From assembly GCA_037444445.1 (NCBI GenBank), contig JBBIMK010000017.1, positions 1 through 32,000 on the forward strand: 32,000 nt of DNA, written 5' to 3'. The notes under the pieces were generated by a model. That model was given only the letters and a program-made list of their open reading frames with translations, was not told the origin of the DNA and did not search any database. Source of the DNA: a bacterium (lineage in GTDB: Bacteria; UBP7; UBA6624; JBBIMK01). Both the position numbers and the translations under genes were made by a program. Of this stretch, positions 24,475 through 32,000 are shown one piece after another (the first letter of the stretch is position 1; each line of letters starts with the position of its first letter).

Positions 24475-25509
24475 CTATGGACCTCCTGTCCAGAAGCGGG
24501 GGAGAATCTTCCGTAGCAGGCGGCAGGGGAGCATTCTCGGCCGCAGGTGATTCAGAGTCATCTTCCGGGCAGAACGGAGATAGCCTCGCCACTGGCATAT
24601 CCGGGGTATCAGGGGAAGAAGTAGAAAATCTGCCAGGAGGAGCCGGGGGTCGTTGAACAGGGTTCGGATAAAGCGATAACCGAGGAAAAGTCCGATTTCC
24701 GGTAGGTCCAGCAGGAGGCTGGTAAGCGTTTCATACTTGAATAGAAGGAGAAGGTAATTCTTGTGGGCACGCCACCGAACTTGAAAAGTTCGGCGTGAGG
24801 CCCTGCTAAAATGGATAGCCTTCGCCTCCGGGACGAACAAAAAAGAATAACCCAGTAGATTCGCCCTGTAGTCCAGGTCCACATCCTCCAGGTAAGAGAA
24901 GAAGGATTCATCAAAAATTTGCTCCTGAAACGCCAGTTGAAGAAGAAGGGAAAACCGATACAGGGAAGCAGTGGCCGGGATGCCAAAGACCTTTTCTTGC
25001 TGGAGGCGGGTGGTTGAAGCCAGAGGATACCTCTGATATCGGTCCTCCACAACCCGGTCCCGGTATGCGGTATGGCCCGCAGAATCAATTTTCCCATCGG
25101 GGGTTATCAGGAGCCCGCTGGCTCCCACGGAATCCACTTCGGTTTGGAGAGCCTTCACCAGCCTTTCCACATAATCGGGAAAAAGTTCCACATCCTGATT
25201 CAGCAGGAGAATCCCGTCGGCATCCGCACAAGAAATCCCCTGATTCGCCGCTCTGGCAAACCCTTCATTGTTGGGGTTTCGTATCAGAATTCCATTCGGA
25301 AAGTGAGAAAGAAAAATCTCCTGCGAGCCATCGGTAGAACCATTATCTACAAGAATCACGGAACGGATGGGATAGGTTTGACCGGCGATAGACTTGAGAG
25401 TGCGGGGAAGGGTTTCCCTGCCGTTACAGGCAATCACGAGAGCACAAACCTGAAAGGGGGATGGGAGGGTGGAAAGGGCTATGGAATTTTCGTGCTCACT
25501 TAATCGCAT
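24475..25509 (-). CDS. Family 2 glycosyltransferase (GT-A fold)
   Basis: Motifs seen: VCALVIACNGRETLPRTLKSIAGQTYP, VILVDNGSTDGS, and LNQDVEL (DxD-like). I prefer the ATG at 25509, which overlaps the GT4 3' end by 10 nt. Confidence 0.85.
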   Translation of the reverse strand: MRLSEHENSIALSTLPSPFQVCALVIACNGRETLPRTLKSIAGQTYPIRSVILVDNGSTDGSQEIFLSHFPNGILIRNPNNEGFARAANQGISCADADGILLLNQDVELFPDYVERLVKALQTEVDSVGASGLLITPDGKIDSAGHTAYRDRVVEDRYQRYPLASTTRLQQEKVFGIPATASLYRFSLLLQLAFQEQIFDESFFSYLEDVDLDYRANLLGYSFLFVPEAKAIHFSRASRRTFQVRWRAHKNYLLLLFKYETLTSLLLDLPEIGLFLGYRFIRTLFNDPRLLLADFLLLPLIPRICQWRGYLRSARKMTLNHLRPRMLPCRLLRKILPRFWTGGP

Positions 25510-26570
25510 AACTTCTGGTAGACGGCAAGAGTGGCGTCTGCTGTCTTCTCCCAGGTATACTGGGAGGCGCATTCCAGCCCCCTGACAATCAGCAACAGCC
25601 TCAGGTCAATGGAGGAATAGATTCGCTGGAGGGATAGAGCCATCTCCTCAATATCCAGGGGATTCACCAGGAGGGCGGCTCCGCTTAGCAACTCTAAAAA
25701 GGGGTCCCGGCGGGAAGCGATCACCGGACACCTGCACGCCATCGCTTCCAGAGGCGGGAAGCCGAATCCTTCCTCCAGAGTGGGGAAAAACAAAAGCCCT
25801 GCGGCGGAGTACAGGTCCACCAGTTCATCCCGTGTCACATATCCGGACAGAATGACTTTATCCTCCAGCCGTAACTGATGAATCAGCCTGCTCACTTCTT
25901 CCGCATAGGTCCCCTTTCGTCCGCCTGCGAGGAAGAGATAAGCGTCTCCCCCCCGCTGAAGAAAAAGTGAGTAGGCTTTCACCAGATTGAGGAGATTTTT
26001 TCGCTCTTCAAAACTCCCCACGAAAAGGATAAAATTTTTGACCTTCCAGCGAGAAAAAACCCGCTCTGATGCATCTTCCCGGTATGTAAACGCCCTGGAA
26101 ATGCCCGAGTGAATCACCGTGATTTTCCTCTCGGGAATTCGGAGGTATTCCACGAGATTGGTGCGAGTATACCCCGATACTGCAATGATGTGAGCGGCTT
26201 TTCTAAGGGATTGAGGGACAACTCTTCGCCAGTAGAATCGGGAGAGGGGAGTCCGCATGTACGAGGGGTATTTATAAACGGCGATGTCGTGTGCGGTAGC
26301 CACGCAACAACCGGAATAAAAAAATGGCAGAGAGAATCCGGGAGAATGAAACACCCGGGGACGGTGGCGATGCAGGTGAGCCAGAACCCCCGCTTGCTCC
26401 CAATAAAGGCGCTCTAAAATGGTCTGAATGGGCTTATCCGTGCGTCGGCGGGCAAGGATGAGATCCTCCCCCAGACGCTGTTTCAATGCCTCCGTTAGAT
26501 ACTCGGTATACACTCCCACACCTGTGGATATACCGCCCACAGCCGTCTGGTAATCCAGCAGTATTTTCAT
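25500..26570 (-). CDS. Family 4 glycosyltransferase (GT-B fold)
   Basis: The real start is the ATG at 26570 (MKILLDYQTAVGGISTGVGVYTEYL). The C-terminal signature is FFPTLEEGFGFPPLEAMACRCPVIAS. The ORF-track N-terminal extension to 27035 overlaps the upstream GT2 gene and has no GT4 features. Confidence 0.88.
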   Translation of the reverse strand: MKILLDYQTAVGGISTGVGVYTEYLTEALKQRLGEDLILARRRTDKPIQTILERLYWEQAGVLAHLHRHRPRVFHSPGFSLPFFYSGCCVATAHDIAVYKYPSYMRTPLSRFYWRRVVPQSLRKAAHIIAVSGYTRTNLVEYLRIPERKITVIHSGISRAFTYREDASERVFSRWKVKNFILFVGSFEERKNLLNLVKAYSLFLQRGGDAYLFLAGGRKGTYAEEVSRLIHQLRLEDKVILSGYVTRDELVDLYSAAGLLFFPTLEEGFGFPPLEAMACRCPVIASRRDPFLELLSGAALLVNPLDIEEMALSLQRIYSSIDLRLLLIVRGLECASQYTWEKTADATLAVYQKLCD

Positions 26571-26631
26571 TCGGAGGTAAAGAAGAACAGAAAAAGCCAC
26601 CGAGTCGCTAACGGTTCGTGTGAAAAACAGG

Positions 26632-27585
26632 TCAATGGAGAACCTGAAAACGCTGGAGTATTTCCACATCCGTAAGGGCAGGAGTGGAAGGAGAACTGGC
26701 GGGGCGGGGGTGGGCCTCTTTCCATAATCTCCAGGCATCCTGAAATGCCAGAGGATATGCCAGGTCCAGCCTGGCTGGTGCATAAAAATTTTTGAGGATG
26801 GCAAAGGTGAAATGAAGCCTTCGCAGGGAGGGTGAGGTAAGATTTTTCCAGTGGAAGAGCAATTGATTTCGGTAGAACAGGCGAAGACGGGTGGACCGGG
26901 GGAGGGAAGAAAGGGTCTGCCCACGCCGATGGTAGACCGGAGGGGTGGGGCAGTGGAGTACCCGCATTCCCTGTTGATATGCCCGGAAGGATAAATCCAC
27001 ATCTTCCCAGTAGGCAGGGGAGTAGAGGAGGTCAAACCCGCCCAGGCGCTGAAAGGACTCTCTTCGCGTCAGGAAGCAGGCGCCCGTTGCCCAGGCTACT
27101 TCATACGGCTTCCCGGGGATGAGAGGGGAGGGGTCGCCCTCCGCTACTCCCCACACAAACCCCTTCCTGAAGTGAAAGCCCGTGCGGGCTTCATCCGTTA
27201 GATGCCGATTTTTATAAGTTAAAACGCCAGGGGTGGCGGCGAAAACATCCTCCGCTTCCAGCGCCTGAAATAAGGGTTCCAGAAAGGGATGGGTCAGTTC
27301 CACATCATCATTGATGAAAAGAATGTAAGGGGAAGAGGAAGCCCGGACCCCGGCATTGCACCCCGCCCCGTAGCCACTCTTCCCCGAGTACACGACCTTC
27401 TGAATTTTTCCATCCAGCAAGCCCGATTTTGACACAGAAGCCCCCGCATCGGGAGAAGAATGATGGAGACAGATGAAAATAGATTCCACCCTCTCTTTCT
27501 TCAGAACAGAAAGAAGGGAGGAGGAAAGAAGGAGGGAACGCTCTAAGTTCTCTGTGGGGATGACAATGGAAACCGGTGGGGGCAA
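26632..27585 (-). CDS. Family 2 glycosyltransferase (GT-A fold)
   Basis: Motifs seen: VSIVIPTEN, GYGAGCNAG, ILFINDDVEL, and a WEDVDLSFRA motif. It has a TTG start 4 nt after the stop of the upstream gene and no visible SD. Confidence 0.85.
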   Translation of the reverse strand: MPPPVSIVIPTENLERSLLLSSSLLSVLKKERVESIFICLHHSSPDAGASVSKSGLLDGKIQKVVYSGKSGYGAGCNAGVRASSSPYILFINDDVELTHPFLEPLFQALEAEDVFAATPGVLTYKNRHLTDEARTGFHFRKGFVWGVAEGDPSPLIPGKPYEVAWATGACFLTRRESFQRLGGFDLLYSPAYWEDVDLSFRAYQQGMRVLHCPTPPVYHRRGQTLSSLPRSTRLRLFYRNQLLFHWKNLTSPSLRRLHFTFAILKNFYAPARLDLAYPLAFQDAWRLWKEAHPRPASSPSTPALTDVEILQRFQVLH

Positions 27586-27589
27586 GAGG

Positions 27590-29524
27590 TCAAGGGGGTG
27601 GACGGGGGACGAGCTTGATGTCTCCTACATCCGTGTTCACGCCTGTCACAACGGTAAAAACACGAGATTGAGATTCGTAGCCTTCCGCAGAAACATCCAG
27701 GGTATGAGTCCCTGGTGCAACAGCGGGGATGTAAAAGAATCCTCCGGCGGAGGTGAAGTCTCTTTGCCCGGTTTCCCGAATAATCACAAATGCACCATCA
27801 ATCGGGATGCCCGTTTCCCGGTCAATCACTCGGCCGGATACGGACCCTGTTCTCAATCGGGTTTTCGGTGTGATGCTCAGGTTAAGGGTTAAAATTTCGC
27901 CCGGAATGATGTCAAATTCCTTGGTGGTGGAGAAATAGTTCTGCTTGGAAGCGGCTATGGAACGGCGACCCGGAATCACACCGTTGAACGCATATCTCCC
28001 TTCCGCATCGGTGGTGGTAATCAGATTCCGGTTCCAGTCCTGAAGGATGACTGTGGCGCCCGGCACCGGCTTCCCAGTATCCGAGTCCGTCACCGTGCCC
28101 TGAATACTGCCGGGTACTACATTGACCGGCAACTCCTTGAAAACAATATACAGGTCCTCCACGAATGAACCCGTTTGAGGGTCTGTTCCCCGGTCAATAA
28201 CCCAGATTCTTCCATAAGGGTCCACAAAAACCTCTACAGGACCAGCGAAAGTGGTGGTCGTTACACCCCGGTTTACCGATTCATCCCCCTCCACAATCAC
28301 ATCCTTAAAATCACCCAGGGAGTCAAACACCACCACCCGGTTGTTGATGTTATCCGCCACATAAACGGTGTTGGAGCCATCGGTTCGGTCCACAGCGATT
28401 CCCCAGGGAAATCGGAGATGGTCGTTGATGAGCCCGGAATTGGCTCCCAGCCTCCCTCTCATCATTGAAATTTCAATGGGACGGGGAGGAACATTCCGCA
28501 TCAGTTCACCCAATAGGTCAGGTATTGGCTTGGTGTAGAAAATGGCATCCGAGCAGAAATCCGTGAGAACCATCCGATTGTTGGAGTCAAAATCAAAATC
28601 GGGAGTGCAATAAAGGTCACGCAACGGGAAAACACTGGTATCCACGATGTGAATGTCCCTGGGACCCCACGGTGGGTCCATACTATTCGTGATGGTCCCG
28701 CAGGTGGAATTACTGCAGTTGGGCCCAGAAGACCCCCGGATAAAATACTGAATGGTAGGACATCCTATATCGCAGGGGGGAACAGTGGCACAATTATTTG
28801 CTGGGTCTGTTGCTGTCGCTGTGCCACGGAAGAAAAGATTCCCGTAAATATCCCACTCAAAACCCAAACCGATATGGAGTCCACCACTCAACGGGTCCAG
28901 CGGAGGCCCTTCAATGTTCAGAATGAAAGAGTCCTGGGGTCCACCCAGATTTGTATGGCTCCACCAGTCAAAGCCAGTCTGCCCGTCGCATAACTGTTGA
29001 TGGTAAGGATTAGGCGCCACGACGAAGTGGTTGAGGGTATATAAAGAAGAGGTGGCGTCATCGTTCAGAACCATGAAGATTTCGCCACTGTTAATAAAAT
29101 CGTTGACCGCATCCCCTTCAATATCGCTCCAGAACATCACTTCTCTGCCAAAGGTGTCAAAGATGTGAACGCCGGCATCATCCATAATCAGGATGGCAGA
29201 GCCGATTTCCGGGAAGAATTCTACAAACGCCACATCCCGTATGTTGGTATACTGGTTTTCCGCTTCACCACCCGGGGCTCCGGGCTGTGGCCGGAAGGGA
29301 TTAAAGTTAAAGGTGCCAACACCGCCGGCGCCACCGCCAGGGTCGCCCGTGTGGTCCTCCCCGATACCCGGGATTCCCCCCTCGGGTGGAGGTTGACGGA
29401 CGACGACTCCTGTGTCGGGATTTTTGCAGGTTGAGAGGAAGAGAATTACCGCACCCACCAGTAAAAGAAGCCCCTTATTTTTCATCTTTCTCCCCTTATG
29501 GATAAAGAATTTTTTGTATTCCAT
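27590..29524 (-). CDS. Predicted lipoprotein with an unknown N-terminal half, NHL-type beta-propeller blades, and two CarboxypepD_reg-like domains
   Basis: The signal and lipobox read KNKGLLLLVGAVILFLSTC. The start is either ATG 29524, overlapping the upstream stop as TGATG, or ATG 29485. NHL-like blades are seen (FPWGIAVDRTDGSNTVYVADNINNRVVVFD and GRIWVIDRG). Two CarboxypepD_reg units follow: GSIQGTVTDSDTGKPVPGATVIL...TDAEGRYAF and GSVSGRVIDRETGIPIDGAFVII...GGFFYIPAVAPGTHTL. Confidence 0.75.
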   Translation of the reverse strand: MEYKKFFIHKGRKMKNKGLLLLVGAVILFLSTCKNPDTGVVVRQPPPEGGIPGIGEDHTGDPGGGAGGVGTFNFNPFRPQPGAPGGEAENQYTNIRDVAFVEFFPEIGSAILIMDDAGVHIFDTFGREVMFWSDIEGDAVNDFINSGEIFMVLNDDATSSLYTLNHFVVAPNPYHQQLCDGQTGFDWWSHTNLGGPQDSFILNIEGPPLDPLSGGLHIGLGFEWDIYGNLFFRGTATATDPANNCATVPPCDIGCPTIQYFIRGSSGPNCSNSTCGTITNSMDPPWGPRDIHIVDTSVFPLRDLYCTPDFDFDSNNRMVLTDFCSDAIFYTKPIPDLLGELMRNVPPRPIEISMMRGRLGANSGLINDHLRFPWGIAVDRTDGSNTVYVADNINNRVVVFDSLGDFKDVIVEGDESVNRGVTTTTFAGPVEVFVDPYGRIWVIDRGTDPQTGSFVEDLYIVFKELPVNVVPGSIQGTVTDSDTGKPVPGATVILQDWNRNLITTTDAEGRYAFNGVIPGRRSIAASKQNYFSTTKEFDIIPGEILTLNLSITPKTRLRTGSVSGRVIDRETGIPIDGAFVIIRETGQRDFTSAGGFFYIPAVAPGTHTLDVSAEGYESQSRVFTVVTGVNTDVGDIKLVPRPPP

Positions 29525-31377
29525 CAGCCTCCGCCACCTCCGACGCCGCCACCTCCACCTCCGCCACCTCCGGTGCCTCCACCTCCACCTCCGCCGGTTC
29601 CACCTCCCCCGGTTCCTCCCCCACCACCACTCTGGAAGGGGTCTACGGGCTTAAAAGTATACGGGCCAGAACTCCACTGGGCTCCCGGCAGGAGAACCAT
29701 CGGACCGAACAGGATGGGGCGATATGCCGTCTGTTGCTGACTCCCACCTCCACCCGGTATAGAGGGAGTGGCACACGCTTCCAAACTGGCTTGCTGACCA
29801 CCACCACCACCCATCGTGCCTCCGGCATTGAGGCAAACGATTACCACACCCACGGGAGGAAAGATTTCCACAGTGCCCTGACTCGTCAGGTCGAAGGAAA
29901 AATCTTGATTGGCTACCCCAAGACTGCGGAAGACGCCCGATACATCACCGGCAGATGGATGAGGGTCAGTGAAAGGAGAAGGTAGGTTGGGGTTTTTAAC
30001 CTGAACCCGGGCAAACACACGCGCCACAGGAGGTTCGGTTATCGTAATACCTTCCGCCAGTGAACCCTCTACTGTGCTAATCCCCATCAGCGCCCGCGGG
30101 TGGATATTCGTGTAGAAAAACTGGGTTAATGGCTGGTCGTGAAACACCAATAGTACCTCGTCATTCGCCGTGAAAGAAAGATTATCCCAGTTGGAGGTGG
30201 TGATAGCCACCTGTGGGTCAAGGATAAACGATTGTGGGTCAACGGCTACATATTTTAAGTTCATAAATCGGATGCGATAGGGCGGTTCATCCGAAAGGTC
30301 AATCCCCAGTCCGGGAACGCCACTCAACGCATCGCTATGGCTTGCAAACCAGTAGGACGTAAGGGCAGGGCGGAAGAACTGGGAGCCACCGCCCTCCCGA
30401 AGAGCCACCACGCCATCAAAAATGCCGGACACATTGAATCCCCTATCCAGAAGGGATTGCACCCGATCGCCCATCGCAGAGTCGGTGAAATCGTGAATCG
30501 CAAATGCGGCAGATTGCTCCACCCCCGCAAAAACCTTGTCCGCTAACACTGCTTTTATGACGGAATTGCCCGGACCAAAATACAGGTCTAACCGGCTATT
30601 CCCCAGGTGAATGTCCAGATATTCAGAATGTTCCAGAGGCTTTGTGATGCCAAATAATCCGAACAGCATATCGGTAAAATCCGCCACAAAGGCATCCGCC
30701 ACTCTCTTGGAATCTATCACGACCACGAGACTATTGGAGAAGTGAAAGGTCCGAGCGGTGAAATTTCCGGTGGATACAATCACCCGTGGATTATTTGACT
30801 CCGCATCCACAATCATATACTTGGCGTGCATCTGGCGGTTCAGCAGGTCTCCGTCGTCCACCACCGTAATCCCATTCGCCACCAGGCGGTCATAGAATGC
30901 CCGGTCGTTGTGCTTGACGCCGTTCAAGTCATACAGGGGGCTCCCGTCGGAATCCCGATAGAACTTCTCTGTCACGACTTCTATCTGCACACCCCGGAGA
31001 CGAGCAGAAATGAGTGCATCCACTACCTCATTCAAATTGATTTCCGGTATCGCCAGGCGAATGCTTCTCGTGGCCTGGTTGATGTAATCCACGATGTCAA
31101 ACTGTCGCCTCACCCGGTCCGGGAACTGGAGTTTAATCTGGTCCAGAAAGAGCCCGAAATCTGTCACCACCGTAGGGGCTTGCATGGGTTCTAAATCGGG
31201 GTCAATGAAAGCCACCCCAAAATGCAGGCGGTCCATGGAGGTGGGAGTTCCTACCAGCGGAGGCTGAGGTGCCCGAAATAAACTGTCTATTATGGGCCCT
31301 CCCGGATTCCCACACCCCCACGCTACCACCACGATGAGAAAAATTAACCCCTTCCTCCAGTTTCCTCCCTTCCTCAT
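29524..31377 (-). CDS. Predicted lipoprotein with a phospholipase D-like (PLDc_2) pseudo-dimeric fold, one canonical HKD motif, and a poly-Gly C-terminal tail
   Basis: ATG at 31377 has GAGGTGGTG upstream. The signal and possible lipobox read GLIFLIVVVAWGC. The first HKD motif is HAKYMIVD...STGNFT (30805..30828). The second position reads NLKYVAVD...TTSNWD (30238..30261). The ORF-track start at 31437 falls within the predicted -35 box. Confidence 0.75.
   Translation of the reverse strand: MRKGGNWRKGLIFLIVVVAWGCGNPGGPIIDSLFRAPQPPLVGTPTSMDRLHFGVAFIDPDLEPMQAPTVVTDFGLFLDQIKLQFPDRVRRQFDIVDYINQATRSIRLAIPEINLNEVVDALISARLRGVQIEVVTEKFYRDSDGSPLYDLNGVKHNDRAFYDRLVANGITVVDDGDLLNRQMHAKYMIVDAESNNPRVIVSTGNFTARTFHFSNSLVVVIDSKRVADAFVADFTDMLFGLFGITKPLEHSEYLDIHLGNSRLDLYFGPGNSVIKAVLADKVFAGVEQSAAFAIHDFTDSAMGDRVQSLLDRGFNVSGIFDGVVALREGGGSQFFRPALTSYWFASHSDALSGVPGLGIDLSDEPPYRIRFMNLKYVAVDPQSFILDPQVAITTSNWDNLSFTANDEVLLVFHDQPLTQFFYTNIHPRALMGISTVEGSLAEGITITEPPVARVFARVQVKNPNLPSPFTDPHPSAGDVSGVFRSLGVANQDFSFDLTSQGTVEIFPPVGVVIVCLNAGGTMGGGGGQQASLEACATPSIPGGGGSQQQTAYRPILFGPMVLLPGAQWSSGPYTFKPVDPFQSGGGGGTGGGGTGGGGGGGTGGGGGGGGGVGGGGG
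29527..29631 (-). repeat. Low-complexity (GGN)n tract encoding a 35-residue glycine tail
   Basis: The plus strand is a run of cctcc/gccacc units. The minus-strand translation is SGGGGGTGGGGTGGGGGGGTGGGGGGGGGVGGGGG followed directly by TGA. Confidence 0.95.
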
Positions 31378-31408
31378 TTTCACCACCTCTTTCTCCACTG
31401 ACACTCTA

Positions 31409-31437
31409 ATCCTACAGGATAATTCTAAAAAAGTCAA
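31409..31437 (-). promoter_or_regulatory. Candidate promoter of the PLD-like/NHL/GT operon, TTGACT-N17-TAGGAT
   Basis: On the minus strand, TTGACT is at 31432..31437 and TAGGAT at 31409..31414, with a 17-nt spacer, about 30 nt upstream of the ATG at 31377. The identical hexamer pair occurs at 141..169. Confidence 0.4.
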
Positions 31438-31518
31438 CCCCCCCTCTACTCCTCGTGGCTTTTGCCCTGTGAACGGCTTTTTTCAATGGGTTTTCTCCCG
31501 TCCCTCTCGTTTCCCCTT

Positions 31519-32000
31519 TTACAGACTCCGCTGATAGGATGCGGGCTCGAGTTTCCACACAGGTATGCCACAGTAGCGTTCCCCTTCCGGGCAGAAGGGT
31601 CGCACACCGGCTAACTGGCGAACCCCGCAGGGGGGAAGCAGGTACCTTCCGATGCGGGGGTTCACCTCCTGTATCTGCAGAACCTCATTCAGGGAGGCTC
31701 GCCAGATTTCTTCCTGAGCGTTGTAGCACAAACGAAGCGTGTGCTTGTGCCAGAGATTCAGCAGGTCCGCCGTTTCCGTGAAGCGGATGGACACCGCATT
31801 GGGAAGAAGGTAACTCGCTTCCGCTACCCCCACACCCCTCTTTCGGAGAGAAAGGATTGCTTCCCAGACCCTCTCCATCGTCTCCTGATATAGCACTCGG
31901 GCTTCATCCCGCTTGAGAATAAGGTCGGGGGTAATATAATCGGGCTCTTCCGACAGATGGAACGACAGCAGGGGGCGGGATGCCGGTGTCATCCGATGCC
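31519..32000 (-). CDS. ThyX (Thy1, flavin-dependent thymidylate synthase) family-like protein; the 5' end is cut by the window edge
   Basis: The frame stays open to position 32000, with codons HR preceding the first Met. The segment YLLPNAVSIRFTETADLLNLWHKHTLRLCYNAQEEIW matches the ThyX pattern (LP....f..n.r.l..f..lR....AQ.EI). A C-terminal Cys cluster reads PPCG...FCPEGERYCG. Confidence 0.5.
   Translation of the reverse strand, partial: HRMTPASRPLLSFHLSEEPDYITPDLILKRDEARVLYQETMERVWEAILSLRKRGVGVAEASYLLPNAVSIRFTETADLLNLWHKHTLRLCYNAQEEIWRASLNEVLQIQEVNPRIGRYLLPPCGVRQLAGVRPFCPEGERYCGIPVWKLEPASYQRSL

Noticed and set aside
26571-27035. N-terminal extension of 155 aa on the GT4 ORF, as given in the ORF track
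   Set aside because: It overlaps the well-supported GT2 gene in another frame and is Pro/Ser/Cys-rich with no GT4 features. The canonical GT4 N-terminus MKILLDY...GGI starts at the ATG at 26570.
29527-29700. Apparent shared motif between the PLD-like C-terminus (GPYTFKPVDPFQSGG) and the N-terminus of the next lipoprotein (GVGTFNFNPFRPQPG)
   Set aside because: It covers only about 6 matching residues, needs a gap, and lies in low-complexity Gly/Pro context. That is not distinguishable from chance without a statistical alignment.
29498-29740. Plus-strand ORF encoding a proline run (PPPPPTPPPPPPPPPVPPPP...)
   Set aside because: It is the antisense image of the (GGN)n tract. It has no ribosome-binding site and no partner domains. 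The minus-strand frame, by contrast, is continuous with a 600-aa PLD-like domain protein.
1-32000. Searched for mobile-element, prophage or defence-island hallmarks: integrase, transposase, terminal inverted repeats, toxin-antitoxin pairs, reverse transcriptase
   Set aside because: None were recognised. Apart from the hairpin-flanked CPBP gene, the content looks like core envelope and biosynthetic genes.

Overview
This 32 kb window looks like a chromosomal segment from a diderm, LPS-making bacterium of unclear lineage. It is densely packed, and every confident gene but one lies on the minus strand. I support 26 CDS. They include an outer-membrane and lipid A block (bamA, lpxD, lpxA, a Gfo/Idh/MocA oxidoreductase and a LapA-domain peptide). 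The lysine/diaminopimelate pathway is split into two blocks, aspartate kinase-dapL and dapB-asd-dapA. Also present are a family-4 uracil-DNA glycosylase, yggT-divIVA, and a 1451-aa signalling protein with 6 GAF, 1 PAS and an HD-GYP domain. Further on are an anchored 788-aa protein built of LptC/LptA-like repeats plus two unknown envelope proteins, and an M16 peptidase pair with one active and one inactive subunit. The window ends with a tight five-gene operon and a truncated ThyX-like gene at the right edge. No rRNA, tRNA, CRISPR array, transposase or integrase was seen. The non-genic structure worth noting: a 39-nt hairpin repeat in three copies, two of which bracket the only plus-strand gene (a CPBP protease); a (GGAA)6 microsatellite inside a promoter- and SD-equipped 28-codon sORF; three 11-bp-phased direct repeats upstream of the HD-GYP gene; and a (GGN)n tract encoding a 35-residue poly-glycine C-terminal tail. 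My best candidate for an undescribed system is the five-gene operon at 24.5-31.4 kb. It encodes a PLD-like lipoprotein with that poly-Gly tail, an NHL/CarboxypepD_reg lipoprotein, and GT2-GT4-GT2 glycosyltransferases. The single-chain LptC-LptA array is the second candidate. All functional calls come from motif recognition by eye, with no database search.
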